Sequence record: PP993145.1
Source of the DNA: Escherichia phage phiP4
Length of the DNA stretch: 64,000 nucleotides
Strand: one strand, 5' to 3'
Shown here: positions 26,263 to 35,134 of the stretch, one piece after another
Layout: every line of letters starts with the position of its first letter
Numbering within the stretch: the first letter of the stretch is position 1
The notes under the pieces: generated by a model
Databases searched by the model: none
Told to the model about the DNA's origin: nothing
The model's input: the letters and a program-made list of their open reading frames with translations, nothing else
Position numbers and translations under genes: made by a program

Positions 26263-26778
26263 TTACTTCGCTTTACGCTTGCTAGCTGGTTTAGCAGATT
26301 TACGAGCAGAATCACCCGTGAACTTAATGCCTACACCGTAACACAGAGCGCGAACGTTATCTTTACTATACTCTACGCCAAAGATATTTGGCTTAACAGA
26401 ACCAAACTGTCCACGAGCATCACGTAGTACGTCTGCCGTTGGTTTACGCTTCTGGTTAACTGCTTTCTCATAGTCTTTCATAGCCATACCATTACGAGAG
26501 AACAATTCAGCCCCAGCGTTGAAGCTCAGGGAAACTGGGGCAGATTTGTGGCCGTAATTTTCTACATACATAACCATTTTGTAGGATTTACGGGTGGCAT
26601 TTTTAGCTTTAGGCTTCTGACGAATCGGAGCCGGATTATTCAGTGCTTGTGCAGCCTGAGCATCGGTAGGATGCTTACGCAGGTGGCGTTCCAGACGAGC
26701 TTTGCGATTAGCTTCGGTCTGCGGGAAAGTTTTAACTGCCGGAGCTGCTTGAGTTTTTGCGTTTTTCTGTTTAGCCAT
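26263..26778 (-). CDS. basic protein, probably highly expressed
   Basis: 171 aa, Lys/Arg/Ala-rich termini, host-optimal codons. Confidence 0.5.
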   Translation of the reverse strand: MAKQKNAKTQAAPAVKTFPQTEANRKARLERHLRKHPTDAQAAQALNNPAPIRQKPKAKNATRKSYKMVMYVENYGHKSAPVSLSFNAGAELFSRNGMAMKDYEKAVNQKRKPTADVLRDARGQFGSVKPNIFGVEYSKDNVRALCYGVGIKFTGDSARKSAKPASKRKAK

Positions 26779-26853
26779 TATTTGTTTTCCTTTTTGTTTA
26801 TCAATTTATGAAGTATATTATACGAGAATTTGAAGCGTTTAGCAAATGAATTT

Positions 26854-27303
26854 TTAATTTATTAACTGTAAGCTTCTTTTAATTTCAGACCTTACCTGCA
26901 TCAAAAGAACTCCTAAAGTATTATCCCCGATGCCTCGGCAAACACCCCAATATGTATCTCCCCAGGTATTTCCTTCGATCAAAGTTGCATTTTTTGTTGC
27001 TAACAGTTTGTCTCTCAAATCAGGGATTGCAAACTTTAACCGTAAAAGCTCTAGCATTACATCATCTTTTACCTTATCCCAGTCAGAGCGCAGAGTTAAT
27101 TTACGTCCTCTACGTTTGGCAACACCTGCATTTAGGGAGCGCAGTACATGAGCTACATCATCTTTTTGGTCGGATTTCATAGCCTGAAAAGCGTGTTCTA
27201 CAGTATCAGCATGCCATATTTCATTTAGATATTCGAAAGTAATTGGTGATAAATAAAAGTTTGATAAGAAACTATAAGCACCTTTAAATTCAGTAATCTT
27301 CAT
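26854..27303 (-). CDS. NADAR-domain protein (YbiA-like)
   Basis: 149 aa; FLSNFY ... EHAFQAMK ... WGVCRGIGDNTLGVLLM segments as in the NADAR/YbiA family. Confidence 0.7.
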   Translation of the reverse strand: MKITEFKGAYSFLSNFYLSPITFEYLNEIWHADTVEHAFQAMKSDQKDDVAHVLRSLNAGVAKRRGRKLTLRSDWDKVKDDVMLELLRLKFAIPDLRDKLLATKNATLIEGNTWGDTYWGVCRGIGDNTLGVLLMQVRSEIKRSLQLIN

Positions 27304-27584
27304 TTTTTACGCCCCGCATCTTTAGCCTCTTCGGCTGTATAGATATACTGATAAGCCCCTTTGGAGTAGGCTGGAGCAGTACACATTTTCTTACGCTCAA
27401 TCTCTTCTTGAGCTTTTCTTTCGCGTTCAGCTAATTCTTCGTCCAGATAAACTAAACGTTGTTCTGGAGGGGGTGGAAGACGTGTTTCTGGCTCACCAAT
27501 ATTAGCCTTTCTTATTTGACGAGGTGATTGTGCACGTTTTCTCAATGGTTTAAATCCTAATGAATTTGAGTTATAAATCCGCAT
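27300..27584 (-). CDS. hypothetical protein
   Basis: 94-aa ORF coupled to NADAR gene. Confidence 0.4.
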   Translation of the reverse strand: MRIYNSNSLGFKPLRKRAQSPRQIRKANIGEPETRLPPPPEQRLVYLDEELAERERKAQEEIERKKMCTAPAYSKGAYQYIYTAEEAKDAGRKK

Positions 27585-27661
27585 AAAGCCCTCCTCACTT
27601 TCAATACGAATATTATACTAAATTAGAGGGCTTTAAGCAAGAGAATTTTTTAATTTATTTA

Positions 27662-28150
27662 TCACATCTCAGCCATTTCAGCTTCAGTAATAACTGTATT
27701 ACATAAGGCATCTACAGCTTCATTACCACTAATACCAGAATGTCCTTTAACCTTAATAAAGGTAGGGTTAGTATTATGAAAGTTGATATACTGCTGTGTT
27801 AATTTAAATGCTTCCTGCCAAAGTTCTAGATTAAGAGGAACTTCACCATCTGCTTTCTTCCAGCCTTTCCTTTGCCAAGAAAACATCCAACTTTCCATGC
27901 CATTTTTGCAATAAGCAGAGTCAGTATAGATAGCAATTGGTCTATTATCTTTTTTAACAGACCAACGTAGAGCTTCTACAATAGCTGTGAGTTCCATCTC
28001 ATTATTTGTAGTTTTAGGACTATAACCAGATTTAGAGCCTAAACGATCGTCGTTATCATCATAGACAATAAAACCCCAAGCACCTGGACCCGGGTTAGCC
28101 TTACAAGCACCATCTGTGTAAATGTGGAAAACCGACATTATACCTCCCAA
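27662..28150 (-). CDS. rnhA: ribonuclease H
   Basis: 162 aa; N-terminal YTDGACKANPGPGAWG as in RNase HI. Confidence 0.8.
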   Translation of the reverse strand: MGGIMSVFHIYTDGACKANPGPGAWGFIVYDDNDDRLGSKSGYSPKTTNNEMELTAIVEALRWSVKKDNRPIAIYTDSAYCKNGMESWMFSWQRKGWKKADGEVPLNLELWQEAFKLTQQYINFHNTNPTFIKVKGHSGISGNEAVDALCNTVITEAEMAEM

Positions 28151-28419
28151 CTAATTTTAAGACCCATGTCTACAAAGGCGGCTTCTCGGTAGTATTGTGA
28201 GAGATGATACCCCTTATCCGATAAGGTTTTTAGTACCGATTTAGCTGCTCCTGGCATTTCTCTAGGATTATATAGCCACCTAGCGTAAGGATTATCTCGA
28301 ATAATTACTTCTGTATTTCCAGACTTAGCAGCTTCTACAATCTTTTCTTCTATAAACTTTAGAAGTGCGGGGACTTCTGTTAATCCTGCAAGTTCTTGAG
28401 CTTCTTTGGCTGAAATCAT
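28138..28419 (-). CDS. hypothetical protein
   Basis: 93-aa ORF. Confidence 0.4.
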   Translation of the reverse strand: MISAKEAQELAGLTEVPALLKFIEEKIVEAAKSGNTEVIIRDNPYARWLYNPREMPGAAKSVLKTLSDKGYHLSQYYREAAFVDMGLKISWEV

Positions 28420-28435
28420 GGCTTTTCACCTTCTG

Positions 28436-28618
28436 CTACACTTCTAGTTTTTGATGGAATGGGGGGTTAGGTTTTATAGCCTCTAATTCTCTATCTAAGA
28501 ATTCCTCTATTGCTCTATCTACAAAGTAGTCATAGGGTAAATGATAATATTCTGATAGAGTAAGAAGTTTGTGTTCTTGCCCTTCTGTTAAATAAACTTT
28601 CTTTCTAAAGAGTCCCAT
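28436..28618 (-). CDS. hypothetical protein
   Basis: 60-aa ORF. Confidence 0.35.
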   Translation of the reverse strand: MGLFRKKVYLTEGQEHKLLTLSEYYHLPYDYFVDRAIEEFLDRELEAIKPNPPFHQKLEV

Positions 28619-28712
28619 ATGTGTATCTCCAATTTATAAAATATATTATATTTAAATTTCACTAAATAAGCAAATGAAATTTAAATATAATAGCCCCGAA
28701 GGGCTACTTAAG

Positions 28713-29552
28713 TTAAGAGGACATTTTAGCTTTAAGAGCTGGATGTGGGTCATATCCTTCAAGGTGGAAGGACCAAGCCGCAGTATTATTCTCTAATAAA
28801 TCATAGAGATCTACAAATTCTGGCATTACTAGAGTTGGCAAAGGACGTGGTTTACGTTTCATTTGCTCCTCTACTTGCTCTATATGATCACTGTAAATAT
28901 GTGTATCTCCACCACTAAAGATGAGATAACGAGGTTTTAATCCAGTCAATTTTGCTAGGATATGTGTTAATAAAGCATAACTAGCAATATTGAAAGGTAG
29001 GCCTAGAAAACAGTCTACAGAACGTTGTGTCCATTTAAGATCTAAGTATCCATCATTACTTACGTAACACTGGAAACCATAGTGACATGGTGGTAATGCC
29101 ATCTTATCTAGTTCGGCAACGTTCCATGCAGATACTAGGTGTCTACGACCATGTGGATTATTCTTGAGACCCTCAATGAGTTCTAGGATCTGATCTCGTC
29201 CACCAAAGTTGCGCCATTGTTTACCATATACTGGTCCTAGATTACCGTTGTCATAGCCCATACTTATAGCTTGGTCTTCATAATTTGGAGTCCAGATAGT
29301 CCACTGTCCTTCGTCACGCCCAAATGTGAATACTCGCAGATCATGGAGATTTGTAGATCCAGATAAAAACCACAGGAGTTCTCCAACTACTGATTTCCAA
29401 GCTAGACGTTTAGTGGTTACGGCGGGGAATCCCTCACGTAGGTCGAACTTAGCATAGGAATCAAAAATTGAAACTGTGCCTGTTCCTGTACGATCGTTAC
29501 GTGGTTCACCCAGTAAAATTACATCTGTTAGAATTTTTAAATATTGTTGCAT
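28713..29552 (-). CDS. thyA: thymidylate synthase
   Basis: 279 aa; NDRTGTGT, FPAVTTKR, ELLWFLSG conserved blocks. Confidence 0.95.
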   Translation of the reverse strand: MQQYLKILTDVILLGEPRNDRTGTGTVSIFDSYAKFDLREGFPAVTTKRLAWKSVVGELLWFLSGSTNLHDLRVFTFGRDEGQWTIWTPNYEDQAISMGYDNGNLGPVYGKQWRNFGGRDQILELIEGLKNNPHGRRHLVSAWNVAELDKMALPPCHYGFQCYVSNDGYLDLKWTQRSVDCFLGLPFNIASYALLTHILAKLTGLKPRYLIFSGGDTHIYSDHIEQVEEQMKRKPRPLPTLVMPEFVDLYDLLENNTAAWSFHLEGYDPHPALKAKMSS

Positions 29553-30085
29553 TAATAAGTAACCAATTCCTGTACAAATCGCAGGCTGTTATCACTGTTT
29601 GCGCCAGTTGCGTAAACTAAACGAGTAGATTCATAGTTGTAATCTAGAATCGTATTATCTAGATGTACATCTGCCTCTAGTTTTTGATCACTAAAGATTG
29701 TGGATACAAAAGCACTTTCAATATGTCCATGAATATACATTTCGTACAGTAATGTTGCACCACCTAAAACCACTGTCTGTTGATCTTTCAGAAATGTAGG
29801 TAAAGCATCCCCAATCTTAGAAATTGGAGTGTAAATATCATGTGTAATATCGTCTGGTAGTGGACGATCAGCACGAATAAATAGGTCAGAAGCTCCAATC
29901 ATACGTTCCCTAACGGCGTATGGAAGAGCTAAATAAGTACCCGCACCAATGATGATGTTATCTGGATTCAACACGTCCAGTTGAGAATAGAAAGCATCTA
30001 GTTCTTCTTTGAAGGAACCCCATGGAAGTTTACCGCGGAGGCCGAACTCCCCATTCGGCCCAACTGCATACATTGCTGTAATCAT
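29552..30085 (-). CDS. folA: dihydrofolate reductase
   Basis: 177 aa; LPW and VLGGATLLYE segments; translationally coupled to thyA and nrdB. Confidence 0.75.
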   Translation of the reverse strand: MITAMYAVGPNGEFGLRGKLPWGSFKEELDAFYSQLDVLNPDNIIIGAGTYLALPYAVRERMIGASDLFIRADRPLPDDITHDIYTPISKIGDALPTFLKDQQTVVLGGATLLYEMYIHGHIESAFVSTIFSDQKLEADVHLDNTILDYNYESTRLVYATGANSDNSLRFVQELVTY

Positions 30086-31227
30086 AAGAAATCTCCAAAT
30101 TCATTACCCAGATCTTTCAGAGTATCAGTAGAGGTCTCAGTTACCTGACCTACACGGTAAGCTGCACCAATCTGGATTTCTTGCGGAGCAGGCTGTAGAG
30201 AAGTAGTATCCAACCAGTTCATGATCCACGGAATAGGGTTTTTGGTGATTACTGGTAAGTGACTAGGCCATTCTACACCGATGTGCATAAATGCATTACG
30301 CCCCACAAAGTACAGATATTCTTCTAGAAGTTCTGCATTCAAGCCAATCAGACTACGACCTTTGAAAATGAAATGACCCCATTCAATTTCAGTTTTCAGA
30401 GTTTTCAGGAGCTGTGCTGGTGCTTTAGCCACTGCTTCATCTACCAGATCTTTGTCAAACTGCTGGAACATAATCTGGATGATTGCTTTAGACATCTGAG
30501 TGTGTAGAGCTTCATCTTTAGCAATTAATTGTAGGTTTTTAGCAATACCTTGCAGAATATCGTTCTCTGCTAATGCAAAGGTACATGCAAAGGATGCATA
30601 AAACTGCATTGCTTCCAGACCATAGATCGCAAAGTAAGCGTCTAATAGTTTAGCCTGAGTTTCACGTTTAACTTCAGGGAACTCAGTTTCTGGATATGTA
30701 TTGTCGCCACGATGATCGCGTACTGCGATGAAATACTGACCTAACTGGTACAGTTCATCGAATAGTTCAACAGAATCAGCGATGCGTGCGAATGCTTCTT
30801 GGTTTTTGGTTACAGAATCAATAAATTCTGCTGGATCAGTTAGCACATTACGAATAATATTGCTATAAGCACGACTATGCAGATCTTCGAAGTAGCTCCA
30901 CTGCTTGAGCATACCTTCCAATTCTGGACGACTTACAAGCGGCATAATAGCTGCTTCAGGAGCACGACTGATAAAGGAATCTGTTTGAGTTTGCCATGCT
31001 AAGTTCAGGAGTGTAATTTCCTGAATTTCCCGTGGGAGATTAGGCCATTGTTTCTTATCTGCTTCCAGACTGATTTCAGTTTCAGTCCAAAATTGAGAGC
31101 GTTGCAGAAGTGCCAGACGTTCTAGTTCTGGATGTGCTACACGTACATAATCTGCGATACCGAGAGAATCGCCCAGGAAAAGATCAGCGTTAGTATGGTC
31201 CCAATTCAGGTTTAGTAAAGTAGTCAT
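30082..31227 (-). CDS. nrdB: ribonucleotide reductase class I beta subunit
   Basis: 381 aa; diiron-site EALHT and conserved C-terminal region. Confidence 0.9.
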   Translation of the reverse strand: MTTLLNLNWDHTNADLFLGDSLGIADYVRVAHPELERLALLQRSQFWTETEISLEADKKQWPNLPREIQEITLLNLAWQTQTDSFISRAPEAAIMPLVSRPELEGMLKQWSYFEDLHSRAYSNIIRNVLTDPAEFIDSVTKNQEAFARIADSVELFDELYQLGQYFIAVRDHRGDNTYPETEFPEVKRETQAKLLDAYFAIYGLEAMQFYASFACTFALAENDILQGIAKNLQLIAKDEALHTQMSKAIIQIMFQQFDKDLVDEAVAKAPAQLLKTLKTEIEWGHFIFKGRSLIGLNAELLEEYLYFVGRNAFMHIGVEWPSHLPVITKNPIPWIMNWLDTTSLQPAPQEIQIGAAYRVGQVTETSTDTLKDLGNEFGDFL

Positions 31228-31333
31228 TGATTTTCCTCTTTCTCACTATTTCAGGAATATTATAGCAAATCTGGTAGCGATTAGCAAGTAAAATTTCAAA
31301 GAAAAAGGAGACCCGAAGATCTCCTTGTTTTTA

Positions 31334-33664
31334 TTAAATAGTACAACCACCGGATGCACAACCTGCTGCTTCTTCTCCAGCACCTCCACCATTTGCAGTA
31401 TTGAAGTTAGCATAGTAGAAAGTTTTCCACCCATACTTAACAGCAGTCATGAAATCACGAACTACTACTGGGCCAGGAATGATTTCATTCTCAAACTTGG
31501 TGTAGTCATAGTACATATTCGTACTGATAGACTGGCTGAAGAATTTCTGCATAGTTGCTACCCACTTGATCCACTCGATACGATCTACATCATAAGCCAG
31601 TTTATAGCTCATTAACGTTTCCCAATCGGTTGCACCTGGAGCAATTGCAATTACTTTATTCACTGCACTACCCTTGATAGATACAATCTTACGAGGCGGT
31701 TCAATAGAGTTAGTAACACCTAACAGAACAGAAGAACTTTCTCCTGGCATCTGAGCAGTCAGAACAGAGTTACGCATACCATATTTCAGAATATCTGCAC
31801 GCAGAGACTCCCAATCCATTTCTAGACCTACGGATACCAGTTCATCAACAGTTTTCTTGTAAGTGTCGATTACCAGAATTCCTTTAGATGGTTTAGTACG
31901 ATCAAACCACTCACATGCACCCTGTTCTTTAGCTAGGCGTACAGAGGCTTTATGCAGAAAGTAAGACAGTTTTTCAGCCTCACGGTGAATCCAGTTACGG
32001 GCTTCAATACCTTCATAAGCCAGACCTTCTGCTGCCATTGCACCTGCTGCGTTCATCAGGCCAATACCAACATTACGACGTTTCTTAGCCGTATATTCCA
32101 TAGTTGGGAACGGATAATCCTGAATTTCAATAATTGTATCAACGAATTTCAGGAGGATGTAGCAAGTTTTTTCCCACTCAGCCAGAGATTCCATGCGTCC
32201 AAGTACAACACCACCTAAGTTACACAGAGATACTTCACCAATATCCTCCGGCTTCATTTGATCAAGCTGCTCTTTTGTCTTATACAGCTCTGTGATATGA
32301 TGGAACGGGCGTGTAGGCTGAGTAATTTCAACACAAAGGTTTGTCATACGGATCGGATCAAGGAAGTTACCGTGACGGTTAGATTCCCCGATGTGATGAG
32401 CGTACATACGTCCTGTTTCCATTCGGATACGTAGCCAAGTATCTAGGATTTCTTTTGCAGAGACTTTAGGAGCTGCAGGAACTGTTTTTCCTTCGTGGTC
32501 GATCTTTGTAAGAGATGCCACACGTTTCTCCGCTGCCACGTAGATTTCTTCAAATTTAGCCTCGTCATCACTATAAAACGCTTCATGAACTTCTGGAGCA
32601 TAGAAGTATGACATTAGCGTAATATCTTCGTTTTTAAGATAACGTTTTAACAAAAGATTGTTAAAGCTCAGAGAATAATCCATCTTATCGATTTTATTCT
32701 CATCTGTAGCACGTTGTTGCTTAACCTGCATCAATTGAATGATTTCAGGGTCGAAGTACGGATAAGACACTGTGGCAGAACCACCACGAGTTTGCTGAGT
32801 ATTGGCCTTTACTGAGCGGTCAATGTGTCGATAATATGGCAGTTTTCCGGAATGCGGGAATGCCCCATTTCGCACCGGATCAGCAATTGATCGGCTTTCA
32901 AGATGATACCCGATTCCCGCTCTGGCTGCGACCATTTTGAAGACGATGTGCTCGGCGGTGTCGATTGAATCCAACGTGTCAGTGGAATCCACGAGGCAGC
33001 AACTAGCAAATCCACGGTCACTAGAGCGCAGACCAACCAGTGGCGGCGTAGGAACGTTGATTTTGTGGAGTGACATTGCATTGTAGAGGTCGATTGCATC
33101 TAGAATTGTCCAGTTAGGTTGAGATAACATCGCCATTGCCATACCCATGTAGGCAAACTGCGGGGTTTCATAAATTTCACCAGTGGCTATGTTACGACGG
33201 GAATACTTATCAAAGAACTGTTTCAGCCCACCACTAGTAAAAAGACGGTCACGATCGTGGTCTATAACCTGATTCAGAGCTTCAAATTGCTCATCGGTAA
33301 TCCATGCACTCATGTCTTCCCATGCACCTACGCTAACCATATGGTCATGGAAGAAGCGTAGAGAGGGTGGTTCGAAAGAATCATAAAGGCGTTTACGCAT
33401 TTGCGCAAGACGTAATTCCTTTGCTGGCACATCGTATGCTGGATTATCTTTGATAAGACTTTCAGCAGCTTTAATTAATGCATCCATCAGAGTGTCGGAA
33501 TCTACAACCCCTTTAGGCAGAGTTTTTTGAGCAGCCATAGTAATGGCTGACCAACTTACATCAACTGTTTTGCAACCATACTCTGCCCAACCATTGAGTT
33601 TTTCAGGAGCAAAGTCTTCTACAGTACCGTCACGTTTAATTACTTTTTCAATGCGATGGCTCAT
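31334..33664 (-). CDS. nrdA: ribonucleotide reductase class I alpha subunit
   Basis: ATP-cone start MSHRIEKVIKRDG with RBS AAGGAAA; catalytic core including NLCVEI; upstream in-frame Met codons of the 811-aa ORF probably not used. Confidence 0.9.
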   Translation of the reverse strand: MSHRIEKVIKRDGTVEDFAPEKLNGWAEYGCKTVDVSWSAITMAAQKTLPKGVVDSDTLMDALIKAAESLIKDNPAYDVPAKELRLAQMRKRLYDSFEPPSLRFFHDHMVSVGAWEDMSAWITDEQFEALNQVIDHDRDRLFTSGGLKQFFDKYSRRNIATGEIYETPQFAYMGMAMAMLSQPNWTILDAIDLYNAMSLHKINVPTPPLVGLRSSDRGFASCCLVDSTDTLDSIDTAEHIVFKMVAARAGIGYHLESRSIADPVRNGAFPHSGKLPYYRHIDRSVKANTQQTRGGSATVSYPYFDPEIIQLMQVKQQRATDENKIDKMDYSLSFNNLLLKRYLKNEDITLMSYFYAPEVHEAFYSDDEAKFEEIYVAAEKRVASLTKIDHEGKTVPAAPKVSAKEILDTWLRIRMETGRMYAHHIGESNRHGNFLDPIRMTNLCVEITQPTRPFHHITELYKTKEQLDQMKPEDIGEVSLCNLGGVVLGRMESLAEWEKTCYILLKFVDTIIEIQDYPFPTMEYTAKKRRNVGIGLMNAAGAMAAEGLAYEGIEARNWIHREAEKLSYFLHKASVRLAKEQGACEWFDRTKPSKGILVIDTYKKTVDELVSVGLEMDWESLRADILKYGMRNSVLTAQMPGESSSVLLGVTNSIEPPRKIVSIKGSAVNKVIAIAPGATDWETLMSYKLAYDVDRIEWIKWVATMQKFFSQSISTNMYYDYTKFENEIIPGPVVVRDFMTAVKYGWKTFYYANFNTANGGGAGEEAAGCASGGCTI

Positions 33665-33806
33665 TTGGCTTTCCTTTTTATAGTTATCAGGATTTAAGGA
33701 ATATTCTACTTTATTATCGGTCATTAGGCAAATAAAATTTTCTGATAGAAAAGGCCCGAGTATTTTCATACCCAGGCCCTGTATATTACCAGTCTAGCTT
33801 TTTAGC

Positions 33807-34028
33807 TTATTCAATTACTTTAGCTCTAGCTACTTCTTTTAATAGAATATCTATGGAGGTGCTCAGCTCGTTATAGTTGAATGGTTTATTTGGATTTGAG
33901 GTTACAATTTTCCACGCTAGGGTTGTCTTAGGACTTTCTTCCCCTTCCTTACGTGTAATCATATTAGCAGCACTCAGTGAAGTACGATGTATTTTAGTTT
34001 TACGGCTCAGATGAACGACGTTTCCCAT
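33807..34028 (-). CDS. hypothetical protein
   Basis: Trimmed to Met overlapping phoH stop (ATG/TAA overlap). Confidence 0.3.
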   Translation of the reverse strand: MGNVVHLSRKTKIHRTSLSAANMITRKEGEESPKTTLAWKIVTSNPNKPFNYNELSTSIDILLKEVARAKVIE

Positions 34029-34029
34029 A

Positions 34030-34791
34030 TTACACCTTCCCCATGTCTTTAAAAATATCATAGAATGCTTTAGACTCAACAGAACGAACGTTATCAATCA
34101 ATTCGATCATTGAGAATGGGGCATTTTCGTATTTTTCATAGACTTCCATAAGGAGTGCTAGACCTGAGTCACCTTTAATGTCTTTCTGAGCTATATCTCC
34201 GCAGATAATTAAACGGCAGTCTTGTCCTACACGAGTTAGGAGACAAATCATTGCCTCAACGGAAATATTCTGAGCTTCATCGACAATTACATAGGAGTTG
34301 TTGAAAGTTCTGCCACGAGCATGTTCGATAGCCAAAAATTTAATTTTCTGACGTTCGACATATCCTTTATATGCATGATCGCCGATGGCCCATTTCATAC
34401 CATCAGCTATTGGCTCCAACCAAGGCTCTAGCTTTTCCGCTAGATCACCAGGAAGCATACCAAGAGACTTACCTAGAGGTTCATTAGGACGTACGAGAAT
34501 CACTTGCTCAATATCTGAGTGAATGTCTACGAGTTCCTGAGCTGCAAGAACGGACGGAATAAAGGTTTTACCAGTACCTGGCTCGCCGATACCCACAGTC
34601 ACTGTGTTGTTCTTGATCATATTGATATATGATTTTTGCTCGCGGTTTTTACCTACTAGGGATTTAGCAACTGGGTTAGCGTAATCATTAGAAAAATCAG
34701 CCTGAATTACGTTGTTCTCATATTTGTTGCCACGCTTTCTTGAACCATTGCGGTTCTCTCTTTTTTGACGTGCTTTTCCCATAAATAACAC
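34030..34791 (-). CDS. phoH: PhoH-like ATPase
   Basis: 253 aa; Walker A GEPGTGKTF and DEAQN Walker B. Confidence 0.85.
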   Translation of the reverse strand: MLFMGKARQKRENRNGSRKRGNKYENNVIQADFSNDYANPVAKSLVGKNREQKSYINMIKNNTVTVGIGEPGTGKTFIPSVLAAQELVDIHSDIEQVILVRPNEPLGKSLGMLPGDLAEKLEPWLEPIADGMKWAIGDHAYKGYVERQKIKFLAIEHARGRTFNNSYVIVDEAQNISVEAMICLLTRVGQDCRLIICGDIAQKDIKGDSGLALLMEVYEKYENAPFSMIELIDNVRSVESKAFYDIFKDMGKV

Positions 34792-35069
34792 TCCTATAGT
34801 GTACTTCGCTAACAGAGGATCAACAAAAAGATCTTGTTTATCAACTTACAAATATATTATACCAATATATACAGTAAAAAGCAACTACAATTTTAAATAA
34901 GCCTATGATATTGCATTTAAATAAAAAATTTGCTTGCTTTTAACGTGAGATGTGTGATACTAGATAATCATTTTATATCGCGTGCACGAGTGCGTGATTA
35001 TACAATTTTTAATAGAGATTGGCAAATAAAATTTTTTGACTCAGATCATGTTACAGAACTTTATAGTAA

Positions 35070-35110
35070 AATATTGTTGACATCCGCCCTCGAATGAGTT
35101 ATAATAGTAG
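35070..35110 (+). promoter_or_regulatory. sigma70-type promoter for nrdD
   Basis: TTGACA (35077-35082), 17-bp spacer, TATAAT (35100-35105). Confidence 0.55.
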
Positions 35111-35134
35111 TCTTAGTTAGAGAAGGAGAGTATA

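Noticed and set aside
31334-33769. 811-aa nrdA start at the first in-frame ATG
   Set aside because: The ATP-cone begins at MSHRIEKVIKRDG, which has a proper RBS; the upstream 35 codons have no RBS and are not conserved-looking, so the start was set to 33664.
33807-34097. Full-length 96-aa ORF overlapping phoH by 68 nt
   Set aside because: A long overlap with a well-supported gene is unlikely; trimmed to the Met that overlaps the phoH stop codon (33807..34028) and kept at low confidence.
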